In this document: in pieces, positions 28,037 to 39,217 of the stretch
Layout: each line of letters starts with the position of its first letter
Numbering within the stretch: position 1 is the first letter of the stretch
Origin: an uncultured delta proteobacterium
GTDB lineage: Bacteria > Myxococcota > Myxococcia > SLRQ01
NCBI GenBank assembly: GCA_963727485.1
Contig: CAVSGM010000005.1
Location: 1-64,000 of the forward strand
Direction of reading: 5' to 3'
DNA: 64,000 nt
Position numbers and translations under genes: made by a program
The notes under the pieces: model-generated
What the model saw: only the letters and a program-made list of their open reading frames with translations
The model's database searches: none
What the model was told of the DNA's origin: nothing

Positions 28037-29461
28037 GTGAGCCAGGGAACCCTGATCGGTCACATCCTGGCGGAGCTGGGCGTGGTGGATGAAGCCACCC
28101 GCGCCCAGGCCGCCGCCCAACAGCCCGCCCGACCCACGCGGTTTGCCTCCCGGCTCCTTGCCCTGGGGGCGGCCACCGAGGGGGCGTTGGTCCGGGGGCT
28201 CGCCCACCAGAAGGGCGTCCCCGGCGTCGATCTCTCCCAGACGGTGATCGACCTCTCGGCCCTCGAGGCGGTGCCCCGCCAGGTCGCCGAGGACAGCCTC
28301 TTCCTGGCCCTGGCCCGGGACGGCGAGCACCTCTACGTGGCCCTCGCCAACCCCGACGACCGCGCGCTCCTCGACGAGCTCCAGTTCATCACCGGCTGCC
28401 GGGTGGTGCCCCACGTGGCCCTCCAGGGGGCCCTCCGGGAGGCGATCCCCAAGGCCTACGCCGCCGCCGACGCCGGCGAGACCCTCTGGCCCGGAGGCGA
28501 GGGGCTCGATATCTCGGGCGGGGCCCACGTGGCCACCGTCACCCCGCGGCGGGGACGACGGGGTGGCGATCTACGACTCCCCCGACGCCGGCGAGGACGA
28601 GCTGCTCTCGGTCACCGTGGAGCTCGAGGGCCTCGGCGACGACGAGGTCGCCCCCGAGCCCGAGCCCACCCCCCAGCGGGCCCCCGGGGGTCCGAGGGTC
28701 CTGGTCGTCGACGACGAGGAGGAGATCCGCAACCTCCTGTCCACCGCGCTGCTCCGGGCGGAGTACCAGGTCGAGACCGCCGGCCGGGGGCTCGAGGCCC
28801 TCCACAAGATCAAGTCGTTCGAGCCCGAGGTGATCCTCCTCGACGCCATGCTCCCGGAGGTCCACGGCTTCGAGATTCGCCGCAAGGTCCGGGCGAGCAA
28901 GCGCTTCGCCCACGTGCCGGTGGTGATGATCAGCGCCGTCTACCGGGGCTGGCGCTACGCCCAGGATCTGAAGGAGGTCTACGGGGCCACCGACTTCATC
29001 GAGAAGCCGTTCCGGATCCCCGACGTCCTCAAGCGGGTCGAGGACGCCCTCAAGGGCGCCGACGCCGCGCCCCCGGAGGCCCCCGCCGAGGCCCGGGACC
29101 GCGCCACCCGCGCCTACCGCCGGGGGGTGGGGATGCTCAAGGTCGGGCGCATCGACGGGGCCATCGAGGCCTTCCGCGAGGGCATCGCCGCCGACCCCTT
29201 CGCCGCCGCGCTCCACTTCAGTCTCGGCCGCGCCCAGCAGCTCAAGGGCGAGGGCTACGGGGCCATGGCCAGCTACGAGCGGGCGGTGGAGCTCAAGCCC
29301 GACCTCTTCGCCGCCCTCAAGCGCCTGGCCGAGCTCTACGAGCAGAAGGGCTTCCGCAGGAAGGCCATCGAGGCCTGGGAGCGGGCGCTGCCGGTGGCGC
29401 CCGACGACGCCGGGAAGCAGCTCTCGAGGCAGAGCCTCCTGGCGCTTCTCGAGACCCATGA
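28037..29461 (+). CDS. MshEN/GspE-N domain + receiver + TPR protein, with an indel near 28545 and an uncertain 3' end
   Basis: N-terminal LIGHILAELGVV...LVRGLAHQKGVPGVDL...YVALANPDD..LLDELQFITG. The next frame gives a REC domain (VLVVDDEEE, LLDAMLP, MISA, FIEKPF) and TPRs. Confidence 0.75.
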   Translation: MSQGTLIGHILAELGVVDEATRAQAAAQQPARPTRFASRLLALGAATEGALVRGLAHQKGVPGVDLSQTVIDLSALEAVPRQVAEDSLFLALARDGEHLYVALANPDDRALLDELQFITGCRVVPHVALQGALREAIPKAYAAADAGETLWPGGEGLDISGGAHVATVTPRRGRRGGDLRLPRRRRGRAALGHRGARGPRRRRGRPRARAHPPAGPRGSEGPGRRRRGGDPQPPVHRAAPGGVPGRDRRPGARGPPQDQVVRARGDPPRRHAPGGPRLRDSPQGPGEQALRPRAGGDDQRRLPGLALRPGSEGGLRGHRLHREAVPDPRRPQAGRGRPQGRRRRAPGGPRRGPGPRHPRLPPGGGDAQGRAHRRGHRGLPRGHRRRPLRRRAPLQSRPRPAAQGRGLRGHGQLRAGGGAQARPLRRPQAPGRALRAEGLPQEGHRGLGAGAAGGARRRREAALEAEPPGASRDP

Positions 29462-31181
29462 AGTTCAACTGCGACAGCTGCGGCCAGCGCTACGCCATCT
29501 CCGACGAGAAGGCGCAGGGCAAGGTCCTCAAGATCCGCTGTCGCAAGTGCAGCCACGTGATCGTGGTGCGTGGGGCCGGGGCGGAGGGGGGCGCCAAGGC
29601 CCCGGCGGCCAGGCCCCCGGCGTCCCCGGCGCCGGCCCGGGCCCGGCGCGGCAGAAGCCGGCCCCGGAGGCGACCCCGGCCCGGCCGCGCCGGTCCCGCG
29701 AGGCCCCGGCCCTGGACCTCGAGCCCCAGGAGGAGGCGGACCGGACCCGGATGATGCCCGCGAGCAGCCTCCAGGACGCCCTGGCGGCGAGCCGGGAGCC
29801 GGACGACGACGAGGCGCCGCCGGAGCGCGACGAGAAGACCACCATGATGTCGCTGGCCGACCTCGACCGGGCCCGGGAGGCCGCGGGCGCCCCGGGGCGG
29901 GGCCGAGGGGACGAGGGCGACGGGGACGAGGACGAGGGCTGGTACGCGGTCATCGCGGGCAAGCAGCAGGGGCCCTTCGACGACGCCGACTTCGACGCCA
30001 AGGTGGCCGCCGGGAAGATCACCGAGCGGACCTACGTCTGGCGCGAGGGCATGGACGACTGGCGGCCGGCGAAGGCGGTGCCGATCCTCGCCGCCCGCTT
30101 CGCCCCCGCGACGACGCCCCTGCGGTCGCAGAGGAGGATCACCCCCTCGACACCCTCGCCGAGTCCGTGGGTCCGCTGGCCCCCGCGGACGCCCCGGCGG
30201 CGAGCCGGGCCCGCGCGGCCGGGATCCCGCCGGAGGACGACGCCCCCGATGCGCAGGGGACGGCCGCCCCACCGGCGACGACGCCCTCGACGCCCTCTTC
30301 GAGGACATCCCCGAGGCGGCCCCCGCCGACGACCCGGCGGGCGGGGAGAACGCCCTGGATGAGGCCATCCACGACGACCCCTTCTCCCTGGTCCCCGACG
30401 CCCCGGGCCGGGCCGACGAGCCGGCCCGGGAGAACACGGCGATGTTCATCCTCGCCTCCGGGGTGAACAAGCGGAAGAGCCCGGTGCGCATCGCCGCCTT
30501 CGTCCTCGGCTTCGTCGGGGTGATCGGGGCCATGGGCTACCTGGTGCTCTACGCCGGCGGGGATCAAGCTGTCGTCGGTGCTCCCCATGGTCCACCCGCA
30601 CCGCACCGCCGGGCCCGCGGGCCCCACCGACGCCGCCGCCGCGGCGAAGCTCCGGGCCGAGCTCATGGGCGGAGGCAAGGCCGCGGGGAAGAAGGGCCAC
30701 GTCGCCGCCCACCCGGCCGACGCCGACACCGGCGCGGTGGTGCAGAAGGAGAAGCCCCAGGTCCCGGACCTCAAGCCCGACCAGAAGGCCGCCCTCGCCG
30801 CCCTCTACGGCGACAAGAGCCGCGGGGCCCTCGCGATCAAGATCGGAATCGGCGAAGGGGCCCAAGGTCGACTCGGACAAGAGCCCCATCGATCCCAAGA
30901 TCATCGCCCAGAAGATCGGCGCCAACCAGCGGGCCTTCCAGGGCTGCGTCCAGCAGGAGCTCCGGCGCAACCCCAAGTTCAAGGGCGGCCGGGTGACCCT
31001 CACCCTCACCGTCGCCCCCAGCGGGGTGGTGACCCACTCCCAGCTCGACCGCCGCGACCTCGCCGACACCGACGTGGGCAGCTGCATCACCGGGGCGAGC
31101 AAGCGCATCGTGTTCCCCAGCTTCGCCGGCGACGAGCCGGTGGACTTCGAGATCCCCCTCGTCCTCTCCACGGGGTACTGA
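29458..31181 (+). CDS. GltJ/AgmX-like protein (zinc ribbon, GYF_2, TM helix, TonB-C-like domain), with several indels
   Basis: MKFNCDSCGQRYAISDEKAQGKVLKIRCRKCSHVI; WYAVIAGKQQGPF...TYVWREGMDDW; a TM helix IAAFVLGFVGVIGAMGYLV; C-terminal FQGCVQQELRRNP...VAPSGVV...VGSCI...IVFP. The domains are spread over shifting frames. Confidence 0.75.
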
Positions 31182-31182
31182 C

Positions 31183-31407
31183 ATGGCCGAGGCGTCCCAG
31201 AAGAACCCCGGCGTCGCCGCCGTCCTCTCGGTGGTCGTCCCCGGGGTGGGCCAGATCTACAACGGCGAGTTCTTCCGGGGCCTGTTCTGGCTCATCGTCA
31301 CCCCGGGGATGTGGATCGGCACCGGCGGGACCCTGGGCTGGGTCTGCCACATCATCGCCGCGTTCACCGCCTACCATCGCGCCGAGGTTCACAACCGAGG
31401 GGGATGA
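31183..31407 (+). CDS. Small TM2-like membrane protein
   Basis: KNPGVAAVLSVVVPGVGQIYNGEF motif. Confidence 0.75.
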   Translation: MAEASQKNPGVAAVLSVVVPGVGQIYNGEFFRGLFWLIVTPGMWIGTGGTLGWVCHIIAAFTAYHRAEVHNRGG

Positions 31408-31453
31408 GAGGCTTCCGGTGAGCCCCGGCCGGGGGTAGGATGCACCCGGCCCC

Positions 31454-34400
31454 ATGACGTCTCCCGCCCCGCAGCCGGTCGATCCCCCTCGCCCCGACCC
31501 GGCCGACGCCGAGGCCCTCGCCGCCCGGGAGGCCGCCCTCGCCGCCGCCGGGGACGACGACGGGCGGTATATGCTCCTCCTCGAGGCCGCCGGGGCCCAC
31601 CCCACCGCCGACGGGGGCGTGGAGCTGGCCCTCAAGGCCGCGTCGGTGGCCCAGGAGGCCCTCGCCGACACCGGCCTCGAGCGCTCGGCCCTCCTGGTGG
31701 CCCTCGACCGGGATCCCTCGGCGCTCGAGGCGGTCATCGCCCTCTGCGATCTCGACCGGGCCGAGGGCGCCTTCGCCGACCTCGCCGCCGATCTCGAGCG
31801 CCTCGCGGCCCTCTGCACCGAACCGGTGGACCGGGCCGAGCACCTGTCCCGCGCCGCCGAGGTCCGCCTCCAGCTCGGCGATCCGGGGGCCGCGGCCACC
31901 TTTCGCGCGGCGCTCCGGGCCATCCCCCCGGCCCGGGCCGCCACCGCCCCCGCCGCCGCGCCCCTCCACGCCGGCGACCGGGCCCGTCACCTCGAGGGGA
32001 TGCTCAACGGGGAGCTCGCCGCCGCCGACCATCCGCTCGCCGAGGCCGAGGCCCACCTGGCCCTCGGCCGGCTCCTGGTCGGCGACCCCGAGCGCCGGGA
32101 CGCGGCGGTGGGCCACCTCCTCCGGGCGGCGGCGCTGGCCGATGGCCCCGGCGCGGTGGCCCTCGACGTCCTCGGGGGGCTCCACACCCTCGGGGAGGGG
32201 TGGAGCGACCTGGTGGGGCGCCTCGAGGACGAGGCGCGGCGCCGCACCCCCGACGACCCGGGCACCGCCGTCGCCGTCCTCCGGCGCCTGGCCCGGGCCT
32301 GCCTCTCCGAGCCCCCGGTCCTCGACCGCGCCGAGGACGCCCTGCGCCGGCTCCTGGCCCTGGTGCCCGAGGACGTGGGCACCGCCGAGGCGCTGGTGGG
32401 TGTCCTCACCGCCCAGCGTCGGCACCGGGACGCGGCCGGCCTCCTCGAGGACCTCGCCCGGATCACCGAGGGCTCCACCGCCGCCCTCTACCGGGTCCGC
32501 GCGGGGGTGCTCCACCTGGCGCGCTTCGGCGACCGGGCCCGGAGCCTCGAGTGCTTCGAGGCAGCCCTTCAGAGCCACCCGGGCTACCGGCCGGCGGCGA
32601 CCCACCTCAAGGAGGCCTACCGCGAGGCCGGCCGCTGGGGGATCTCGCCCGGGTGATGGTCGCCGAGGTCGAGGGGCGGCCGGTGGACGCGGCGGTGGTC
32701 GACACCTGGCGCGCCGCCGGGCGTCTCCTCCGGGAGCAGGCCGGGGACCTGGTGGCCGCGGCGGCGGTCTACCGCAAGGTCGTCGCCCACGATCCCATGG
32801 ACGAGGACGCCGTCGCCTTCTTCCAGGCCTTCCATGAGCGCATCGACGCCGAGGCCGAGGCCGTCGAGGCCCACGTCCGGGACGCCGACGCCGCGCCCTC
32901 TCCCGAGGCGCGCCGGTCGGCGCTGCTCCTGGCCGCCGACGCCGCCCTCCGCCTGGGGAGCCCGCCTCGGGCCCGGGTGTTCCTGGAGCAGATCCTCGAC
33001 GCCGACCCCGCCGACCGGGAGGTCGAGGCCCGGTACCTCAAGCTCCTCGCCGGGGCCGGGCACCCCGAGGCCCACGCCGCCGCCCTGGCCCAGGCCCGGG
33101 AGCGCGCCGCTGGGGATCCCGCCCACCGCGGGGCCCTGGCCCTCGCCCTCGCCGAGGTCCGCCTCGAGCACCTCGGGGACGTCGCCGGGGCCCGGGCGGT
33201 GCTCCGGGAGACCGCCGCCGGCGCCGGGCCCGAGGCGGTGACCGCCCGGGCCCGCCTCGCCGCCCTCGAGGCGGCGGTGGCCGCGGCGGAGAGCTACGAG
33301 GGCGGCCTCCCCGGGCCGGACCAGGTCGGACGGGAGGCCACCTGGGACGCCGGGGATGGCTCCTGGGCCGAGGCCGTGGACACCGGGAAGGCCCCGGTCG
33401 GGGCCTTCGAGGCCGGGGCCGAGGGCGACGACGGCGACGCCGAGGGCGGTCGGGCCCTCGAGGCCGAGGGGGGCGACGCGGACGACGTCGCGCTCCCCGG
33501 CGGCGCTCCCGGGTCCCGTGGGGCCGACGCGGCCATGGATGCCGGCGTGGACGCCGACGTGGACCCGGACGCCGACCCGGACGCCGACCGCGGACACGCA
33601 CACGCACACGCACGCGCACACGCACACGCACACGCACACGCACGCGGATCCCGACGACGACACCGACGACGACGCCGGCGAGCCCCTCCCCGGGGACGGG
33701 CCCGGGCGCCTCGCCGCCGCCCGCCAGCGCCTCGCCGACGGGGACTTCGAGGGCGCCCTCGCCCTCGCCGACACCGTCGCCGAGATCGGCCCCGACGACG
33801 TCGCCGTCGAGGCCCGGGAGCTCGCCGCCGACATCCTCATCGACTACCTCGGCGACGCGGACGAGGGCCTCGACCGCCTCGCCACCCTCGGCCGCGACCG
33901 GTCCCTGCCCCTGGGCCTGCGCCGCCGGGTGAACGAGGCCCGGGTCCGGCTCCTCGAGCGCGACGTGGCCGCTGGCGCCGCCCGGGACCAGGCCCTGGCC
34001 CAGGCCCTCGCCGACGCCGCCGCCGTCGCCGCCGACCCGGTCGCCGCCCAGGCCCTGCGCTACCGCCTCGGCCGGCTCCTCGTCGCCCGCCACGACGCCT
34101 GGCGCGAGGGGGCCGAGCTCCTCCAGGGGCTCCTGGTCGACGAGCCCGACAACCAGGCCATCCTCGACGCCCTCGAGGGCGTCTACGAGCGCGAGGAGCA
34201 GTGGGGGCCCCTGGCGGAGGTCCTCGAGCGCCTCGCCGAGCGCCTCGACCCGGCGCCGGCCGCCGAGGCCTACGGGCGCCTCGCGGACGTGTCCCTCGAC
34301 GGCCTCGACGACCCCGAGCGCGCCGAGCGCGCCCTCCGCCGGGCCCTCGAGCGCCTCCCGGGCCACCTCCCGAGCCTCAAGACCCTCGCCCGCATCGCCC

Positions 34401-37156
34401 GGGCGGCCGGCGACCGGGAGACCGAGGCCTTCGCCCTCCGGGGCTGCATCGCCGCCGAGTCCGCTCACACCGCCCTCCCGGGCCTCCACTACGCCCTCGC
34501 CGAGGCCCTCGAGGCCACCGGGCGCTACGAGGAGGCCGCCACCCACTTCGCCCGGGTCCTCGAGGAGGATCCCCGGAGCACGGCCGCGCGGGTGGCCCTG
34601 GCGCGCCTGTCCACCGAGCTCGACGACCCGGCCGACCGGGTCCGGGTCCTCGCCCTGTGCGCCGACGGCGCCGCCACCGCCACCGAGGCCGCGGACCTCC
34701 ACCTGGAGCGGGCGCGGATCCTGGCCGACGACCTCGACGACCCGGAGGCCGCCCGGGCCGCGGTGCGCGCCGCCCTCGAGGCCGACGGCGCGCACCTCGG
34801 GGCCATGACCTTCCTCCGGGCCCTCGCCGAGCGGGGCGGGGCGCCGCCGGCGGAGCTCGCCTCCATGCTCCACCGGGAGCTCTGGGCCACCCGCTCTCCC
34901 AAGGACGCCGCGGATCGCCACGCAGACCTCGCCGCCCTCTACGCCGGTCCCCTCGGGGATCCCGACGCCGGCGAGTCCCACCTCCGGGAGGCCCTGGCCG
35001 CCGACCCCGAGCACCCCCGCTCGCTCGGGCGCCTCGCCCAGCGGCACCTCGCCCGGGACGATCTCGACGCGGCCCTGCCCCTCCTCGACACCCTCGCCGG
35101 GTCCGAGAGCGCGCCCACCGAGGCCCGGGCCTGGGCCTGCACCGAGCGGGGCGGCGCCCTGGAGACCGCCGGCGCCTACCCCGACGCCCTCGACGCCTAC
35201 GCCGACGCGGTGGCCCTCGACCCCGAGTCGCCCCCGGCGCTCCTGGGCCTCGCCCGCCTCGCCACCAAGATCGGCCGGGACCTCGAGGCCACCCGGGCCC
35301 TGGTCGAGGTGGCCCGCCTCGGGGAGGCCGGGGTCGCCGGCGCCCCGGCCGGGGCCGATCTGGCCGACGTCTACGCCCGCCTCGGGGCCCTCCACCGGCG
35401 CCAGGGGAACCCCCTCGAGGCGGTGAAGGCCTACCGCCGGGCCCTCGACCGCGACGCGGTCCACCGGGAGGCCCTCCACGCCCTCGCGGTCCTCTACGAG
35501 GAGCAGGGCGAGTGGCGCGCCGCCGCCGAGATGCGTGAGGGGGCGGCGAAGCTGGTGAGCGACCGGCACCTCCGGGCCGAGGCCCTGGCGTCGGTGGGCG
35601 GCTTCGTCCGGGACCGGGTGGGGGACGCCCGCAGGGCCCTCGACGCCTTCCGCCAGGCCGCCGCCCTCGACCCCGAGACCCTGGCCTACCATGCCTCGGT
35701 GCTGGCCCTGGCCCGGCGGGTGGGGCGCCCGGACGAGGCCCGGGCCGCGGCCATGGAGTGCGTGCGCCTGGCGCCCGACGGCGTGGCCGCCGCCGAGTAT
35801 CTCGCCGCCGCCGCCGAGTGTGCCGACGCCGAGCACGACCTCGAGGGCGCCCTCGACCTCGCCCGGGTGGCCCTGGAGCGCGACCCGGCCTGCGACCGGG
35901 CGCTCGCCCGGGCCATCCCCGCCCTGGTGGACCGGGGCGAGATCGACGAGGCCACCGAGCGGCTCGGCCGGGCCATCGAGGCCGCCCGGGACGACGCCGC
36001 CCGCCTCCGCTACACCCTCGACCGCGCCCGGGTCCTCCAGGACGGGGGCGATCCCCTCGCCGCCGCCGGGGCCCTGGCCCGGGCCGCGGCCCAGGCGCCC
36101 GAGGACACGGCGCTGCTGGTGGCCCTCGCCGACTTCCCGCCGCCCCCGGTCGACGCGGCGCGGGTCGCCCTCGACGCCGTCGCCGCCGCCGCCCGGCGCC
36201 ACCGCCTCGCGGTCCCGCCCCTGGCCGCGGTGGAGATCCTCGCCGCCGGCGCCGGGGACCCGGACCGGGCCTACCTGGCGGCGGTGCTCCTGGACCTGAT
36301 GCGCACCGGGACCCGGCACGGGACCGAGCGCCTCGCCGACGTCCGGGCGGCGCTCCCCGACGGGCCCACCGGCACCCTCCCGCCCCGCCTCGCCCAGGCC
36401 CTGATCCCCGGGGAGATCCGCGCCGGCGAGGCCTTCTACGCCGCCGCCGAGGCCGCCCTCCTCGCCGTGCCCGAGGACGAGCGGCACCTCGCCTGGGCCC
36501 GGGAGGCCGGCGAGGCCCCCGCCGACGCCTGGGCCGGGGCGCTGACCCAGCTGGCCCAGAGCCTCGGCCGGAAGGCGCCGCGCCTCCGGGTCACCGGCCC
36601 GGGCACCGGGGTGCGGGTGGCCCCGGACACCGGGAGCCTCCTGGTGGGCCGGGACCTCCTCGAGAGCCGCCTCGCCGGCGAGGTGCGCTTCGTCCTCGGC
36701 TTCGGCCTCGTCCTCTGCGCCCAGGGCCACCGCTGGGTCACCGCCACCGGCGACGCCGAGGGGCCCCTGGAGGCGATGCGGCGCTGGTCCCGGCGCCAGG
36801 CCGGCGCCGACGACGCTTTGGAGCTCGGGGCCCGCTTCGGCGCCGAGGTCCGCGCCCGCCTCGAGACGGTGGCCAGCGAGGCGGTGCCCCCGGCGGCGGA
36901 CTTCCTCGACGCGGCGGTGGCCGAGGCGGCGCGCTTCGGCCTCCTGGTCGCCGGCGACCTCCTCCAGGGGCTCGCCGCCGCCATCCGCGTCCTCGCCCCC
37001 GGCGCCTCCCTGCCCCGGAGCCCCGACGCGGTGGCGGCGCTCGCCGAGCAGAGCCCGACCCTGGCCGACCTCTTCGGCCTGGTCCACGACGACGCCTTCC
37101 TCGCCGGCCGCCTCGCCCTGGGGCTGGCGGTGACCACGCCCGAAGCCGGGCATTGA
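31454..37156 (+). CDS. Giant (~1900 aa) TPR-like helical repeat protein, with indels near 32640 and 33588
   Basis: Three consecutive frames of Ala/Leu/Arg-rich TPR-like helices join if one G is added in the G-run at 32637-32641 and one C is removed near 33588. Confidence 0.65.
33593..33645 (+). repeat. (ACACGC)n hexanucleotide tandem repeat inside the TPR gene
   Basis: GACACGCACACGCACACGCACGCGCACACGCACACGCACACGCACACGCACGC, about 8 units with one variant. Confidence 0.9.
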
Positions 37157-37181
37157 CCCGCACCCGGCGCCCCTCTACCCT
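37153..37181 (+). promoter_or_regulatory. Putative sigma70 promoter of the BMC vertex/aldolase operon
   Basis: TTGACC-N17-TACCCT, ending 10 nt before the ATG at 37192. Confidence 0.6.
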
Positions 37182-37191
37182 CGGCAACCCC

Positions 37192-37506
37192 ATGTACCTC
37201 GGACGTGTCATCGGCACCTGCGTGGCCACCCAGAAGGTCCCGGGCCTCGAGGGCAGCAAGCTCCTGGTGGTCCAGCCCCTCGACCACGCCGGCCGGAAGA
37301 CCCGGATCCCCGAGATCGCCGTGGACACGGTGCGGGCCGGGGTCGGCGATCACGTCTACCTGGTGGGCAGCCGCGAGGCGGCCGTGGCCCTCGACCCCTG
37401 GTTCGTGCCGGTGGACGCCGCCATCGTGGGCATCGTCGACGCGGTGGACGCCACCGACGACCCAGAGGGCCCCACCCCGTTTCACCGGGCCGGGGAGACG
37501 CCGTGA
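37192..37506 (+). CDS. Bacterial microcompartment vertex protein (BMC-P, EutN/CcmL family)
   Basis: MYLGRVIGTCVATQKVPGLEGSKLLVVQP...AVDTVRAGVGDHVYLVGSREA...PVDAAIVGIVD. Confidence 0.95.
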   Translation: MYLGRVIGTCVATQKVPGLEGSKLLVVQPLDHAGRKTRIPEIAVDTVRAGVGDHVYLVGSREAAVALDPWFVPVDAAIVGIVDAVDATDDPEGPTPFHRAGETP

Positions 37507-37781
37507 GGCTCTGCCGGGTCCTGGGGCCGGTGGTGGCCACCGTGGAGCACCCCAAGTTCCAGGGGCCGGCGATCTTCGCGGTGCAGCCCCTCGACGTCGA
37601 CGGCCTCGCCAGCGGTCCGAGCTTCGTGGCCATGGACCATGCCCAGGCGGGGGTCGGCGACGTGGTGCTGGTCCTCACCGAGGGCAACGGCACCCGGCAG
37701 ATCCTCGGCGACCCGCAGGGGCCGGTGCGCTCGATGATCGTCGGCATCGTCGACGCGGTGGAGCTCGCCGCCGATGGATAG
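37503..37781 (+). CDS. Second BMC vertex protein (EutN/CcmL family)
   Basis: MRLCRVLGPVVATVEHP...VAMDHAQAGVGDVVLVLTEGNGTRQI...PVRSMIVGIVDAV, with a GTGA overlap. Confidence 0.92.
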   Translation: MRLCRVLGPVVATVEHPKFQGPAIFAVQPLDVDGLASGPSFVAMDHAQAGVGDVVLVLTEGNGTRQILGDPQGPVRSMIVGIVDAVELAADG

Positions 37782-38714
37782 GCGCCTCGCCGAGGCGGTG
37801 AGCCAGATGAGCCACCTCCTCTGGGAGCGGGGCTACGTGGCGAACCATGACGGCAACGTCTCCTGTCGCCTCGCCTCCGGCCGCTTCCTCGCCACCCCCA
37901 CCGCCGAGAGCAAGCGCCTCATCGAGCCCGGGTGGCTCCTGGAGGTGGACCCCGGGGGCAAGGTCCTCGCCGGGAAGCGCCGCCTCTTCGGCGAGTGGCA
38001 CCTCCACGCCGCCGCCTACCGGGTGCGCCCGGACGTGCAGGCGGTGATCCACGCCCACCCGCCGCACGCCACCGCCGCCGGCCTCACCGGCCTCGATTCT
38101 GTCCACCCCGCCGCTCCCCGAGGCGGTGGTGTCCCTGGGCCACGTGCCCACCGCCCGGCCGGCGCTCGCCGGGCCCCGAGGCCGCCGACGCCGCCGCCGA
38201 GTGCCTCGAGGTCGACGACGTGGTGCTCCTGCCGGGCAACGGGGTGCTCGCGGTGGGCGACGACCTGGAGCAGGCCTTCCTCCGCCTGGAGCTGGTGGAG
38301 CACCTGGCGCGGATCCTCACCGCCGCCGCGGCCCAGGGGACGGTGCGCCGCCTCCCGCCCGAGGCGGTGGAGGCGCTCCTGGAGAAGCGCGCCAAGGCCG
38401 GCCTCGGGGTGGAGGGCCGCCGGCGGAAGGCCGGGGGGCGTCCCGCGGATCGCCCGGATCCCCAGTCCGCGTCCGTGGTCGCGTCCCGGGCCGGCGCTGG
38501 CGCTGGCGCTGGCGCGACCGGCGCCGGGCCCGCCCGGCAGGTGGCCCTGGCCCGGGCCTCGTCCCTCACCGGGGACGCCCGCCTCGCCCAGCAGATCGCC
38601 GACGAGGTCCTCCGGCGCCTCGGCGACGGTGAGCCCCCGGCCGGCGCGCCTCCCCGCCGGCACCTCCCGGCCCCCGGCTACACCTCGTCGAGGAGCCGGC
38701 CGAGGAGTTCGTAG
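37774..38714 (+). CDS. Class II aldolase/adducin family protein with a C-terminal encapsulation-peptide-like helix, with indels near 38098 and 38168
   Basis: DGNVSCRL, FLATPT, EWHLHAAAYRVRPDVQAVIHAHPPHATA, PEAVVSLGHVP and AFLRLELVEHLARI. After a linker comes DARLAQQIADEVLRRL. Confidence 0.85.
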
Positions 38715-39217
38715 AGCCCCTCGGTGGTGCGGAAGCGCAGGCTGTAGGTCCCGAACGCCACGGTGGCCATGTCCGGCACCACCAGGGGCTGCTTGGGCAT
38801 CACCCGGCTGCCCTCGACGAAGGTGCCGTTGGTGGAGCCGGCGTCGTTGAGGTAGTAGGCGCTCCGGTCCGGCGACCAGGTGAAGTAGGCGTGGAACTTG
38901 GAGACGTTGGGGTAGGGCAGGGCCACGTCGTTGTTGCGGGTGCGCCCCACGGTGACCCGGTCGGCGAAGATGCCCCCCGAGCGCTTGGCCACCGGGAGCA
39001 CCTCGAGGCTCTGGTACACCTGGAGCCCCTCGGCGAGCTCACCCTGCCAGGCCTCGGTGTCGATGACGCCGGTGCGGAACACCCGGGCGTCGGGGCCGGC
39101 TTCCTTTGGCCGGTGGAGGAGGACCGGCACCGGATGCTTCCGCCTGAACATCTCCGGCGGGAGCTGCCGCCGGTCGACGATCAGGTCCGCGAGCCGGGTC
39201 AAGGCGTGCCTACCCAC
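38678..39217 (-). CDS. FHA domain protein
   Basis: VTVGRTRNNDV, VSKFHA and LNDAGSTNGTFV. Confidence 0.9.
   Translation of the reverse strand: MGRHALTRLADLIVDRRQLPPEMFRRKHPVPVLLHRPKEAGPDARVFRTGVIDTEAWQGELAEGLQVYQSLEVLPVAKRSGGIFADRVTVGRTRNNDVALPYPNVSKFHAYFTWSPDRSAYYLNDAGSTNGTFVEGSRVMPKQPLVVPDMATVAFGTYSLRFRTTEGLYELLGRLLDEV

Noticed and set aside
28563..30362. REC-TPR-GYF fusion protein, as listed in the ORF track
   Set aside because: The zinc-ribbon gene starts at 29458 in another frame. The apparent fusion is best explained by compensating indels.
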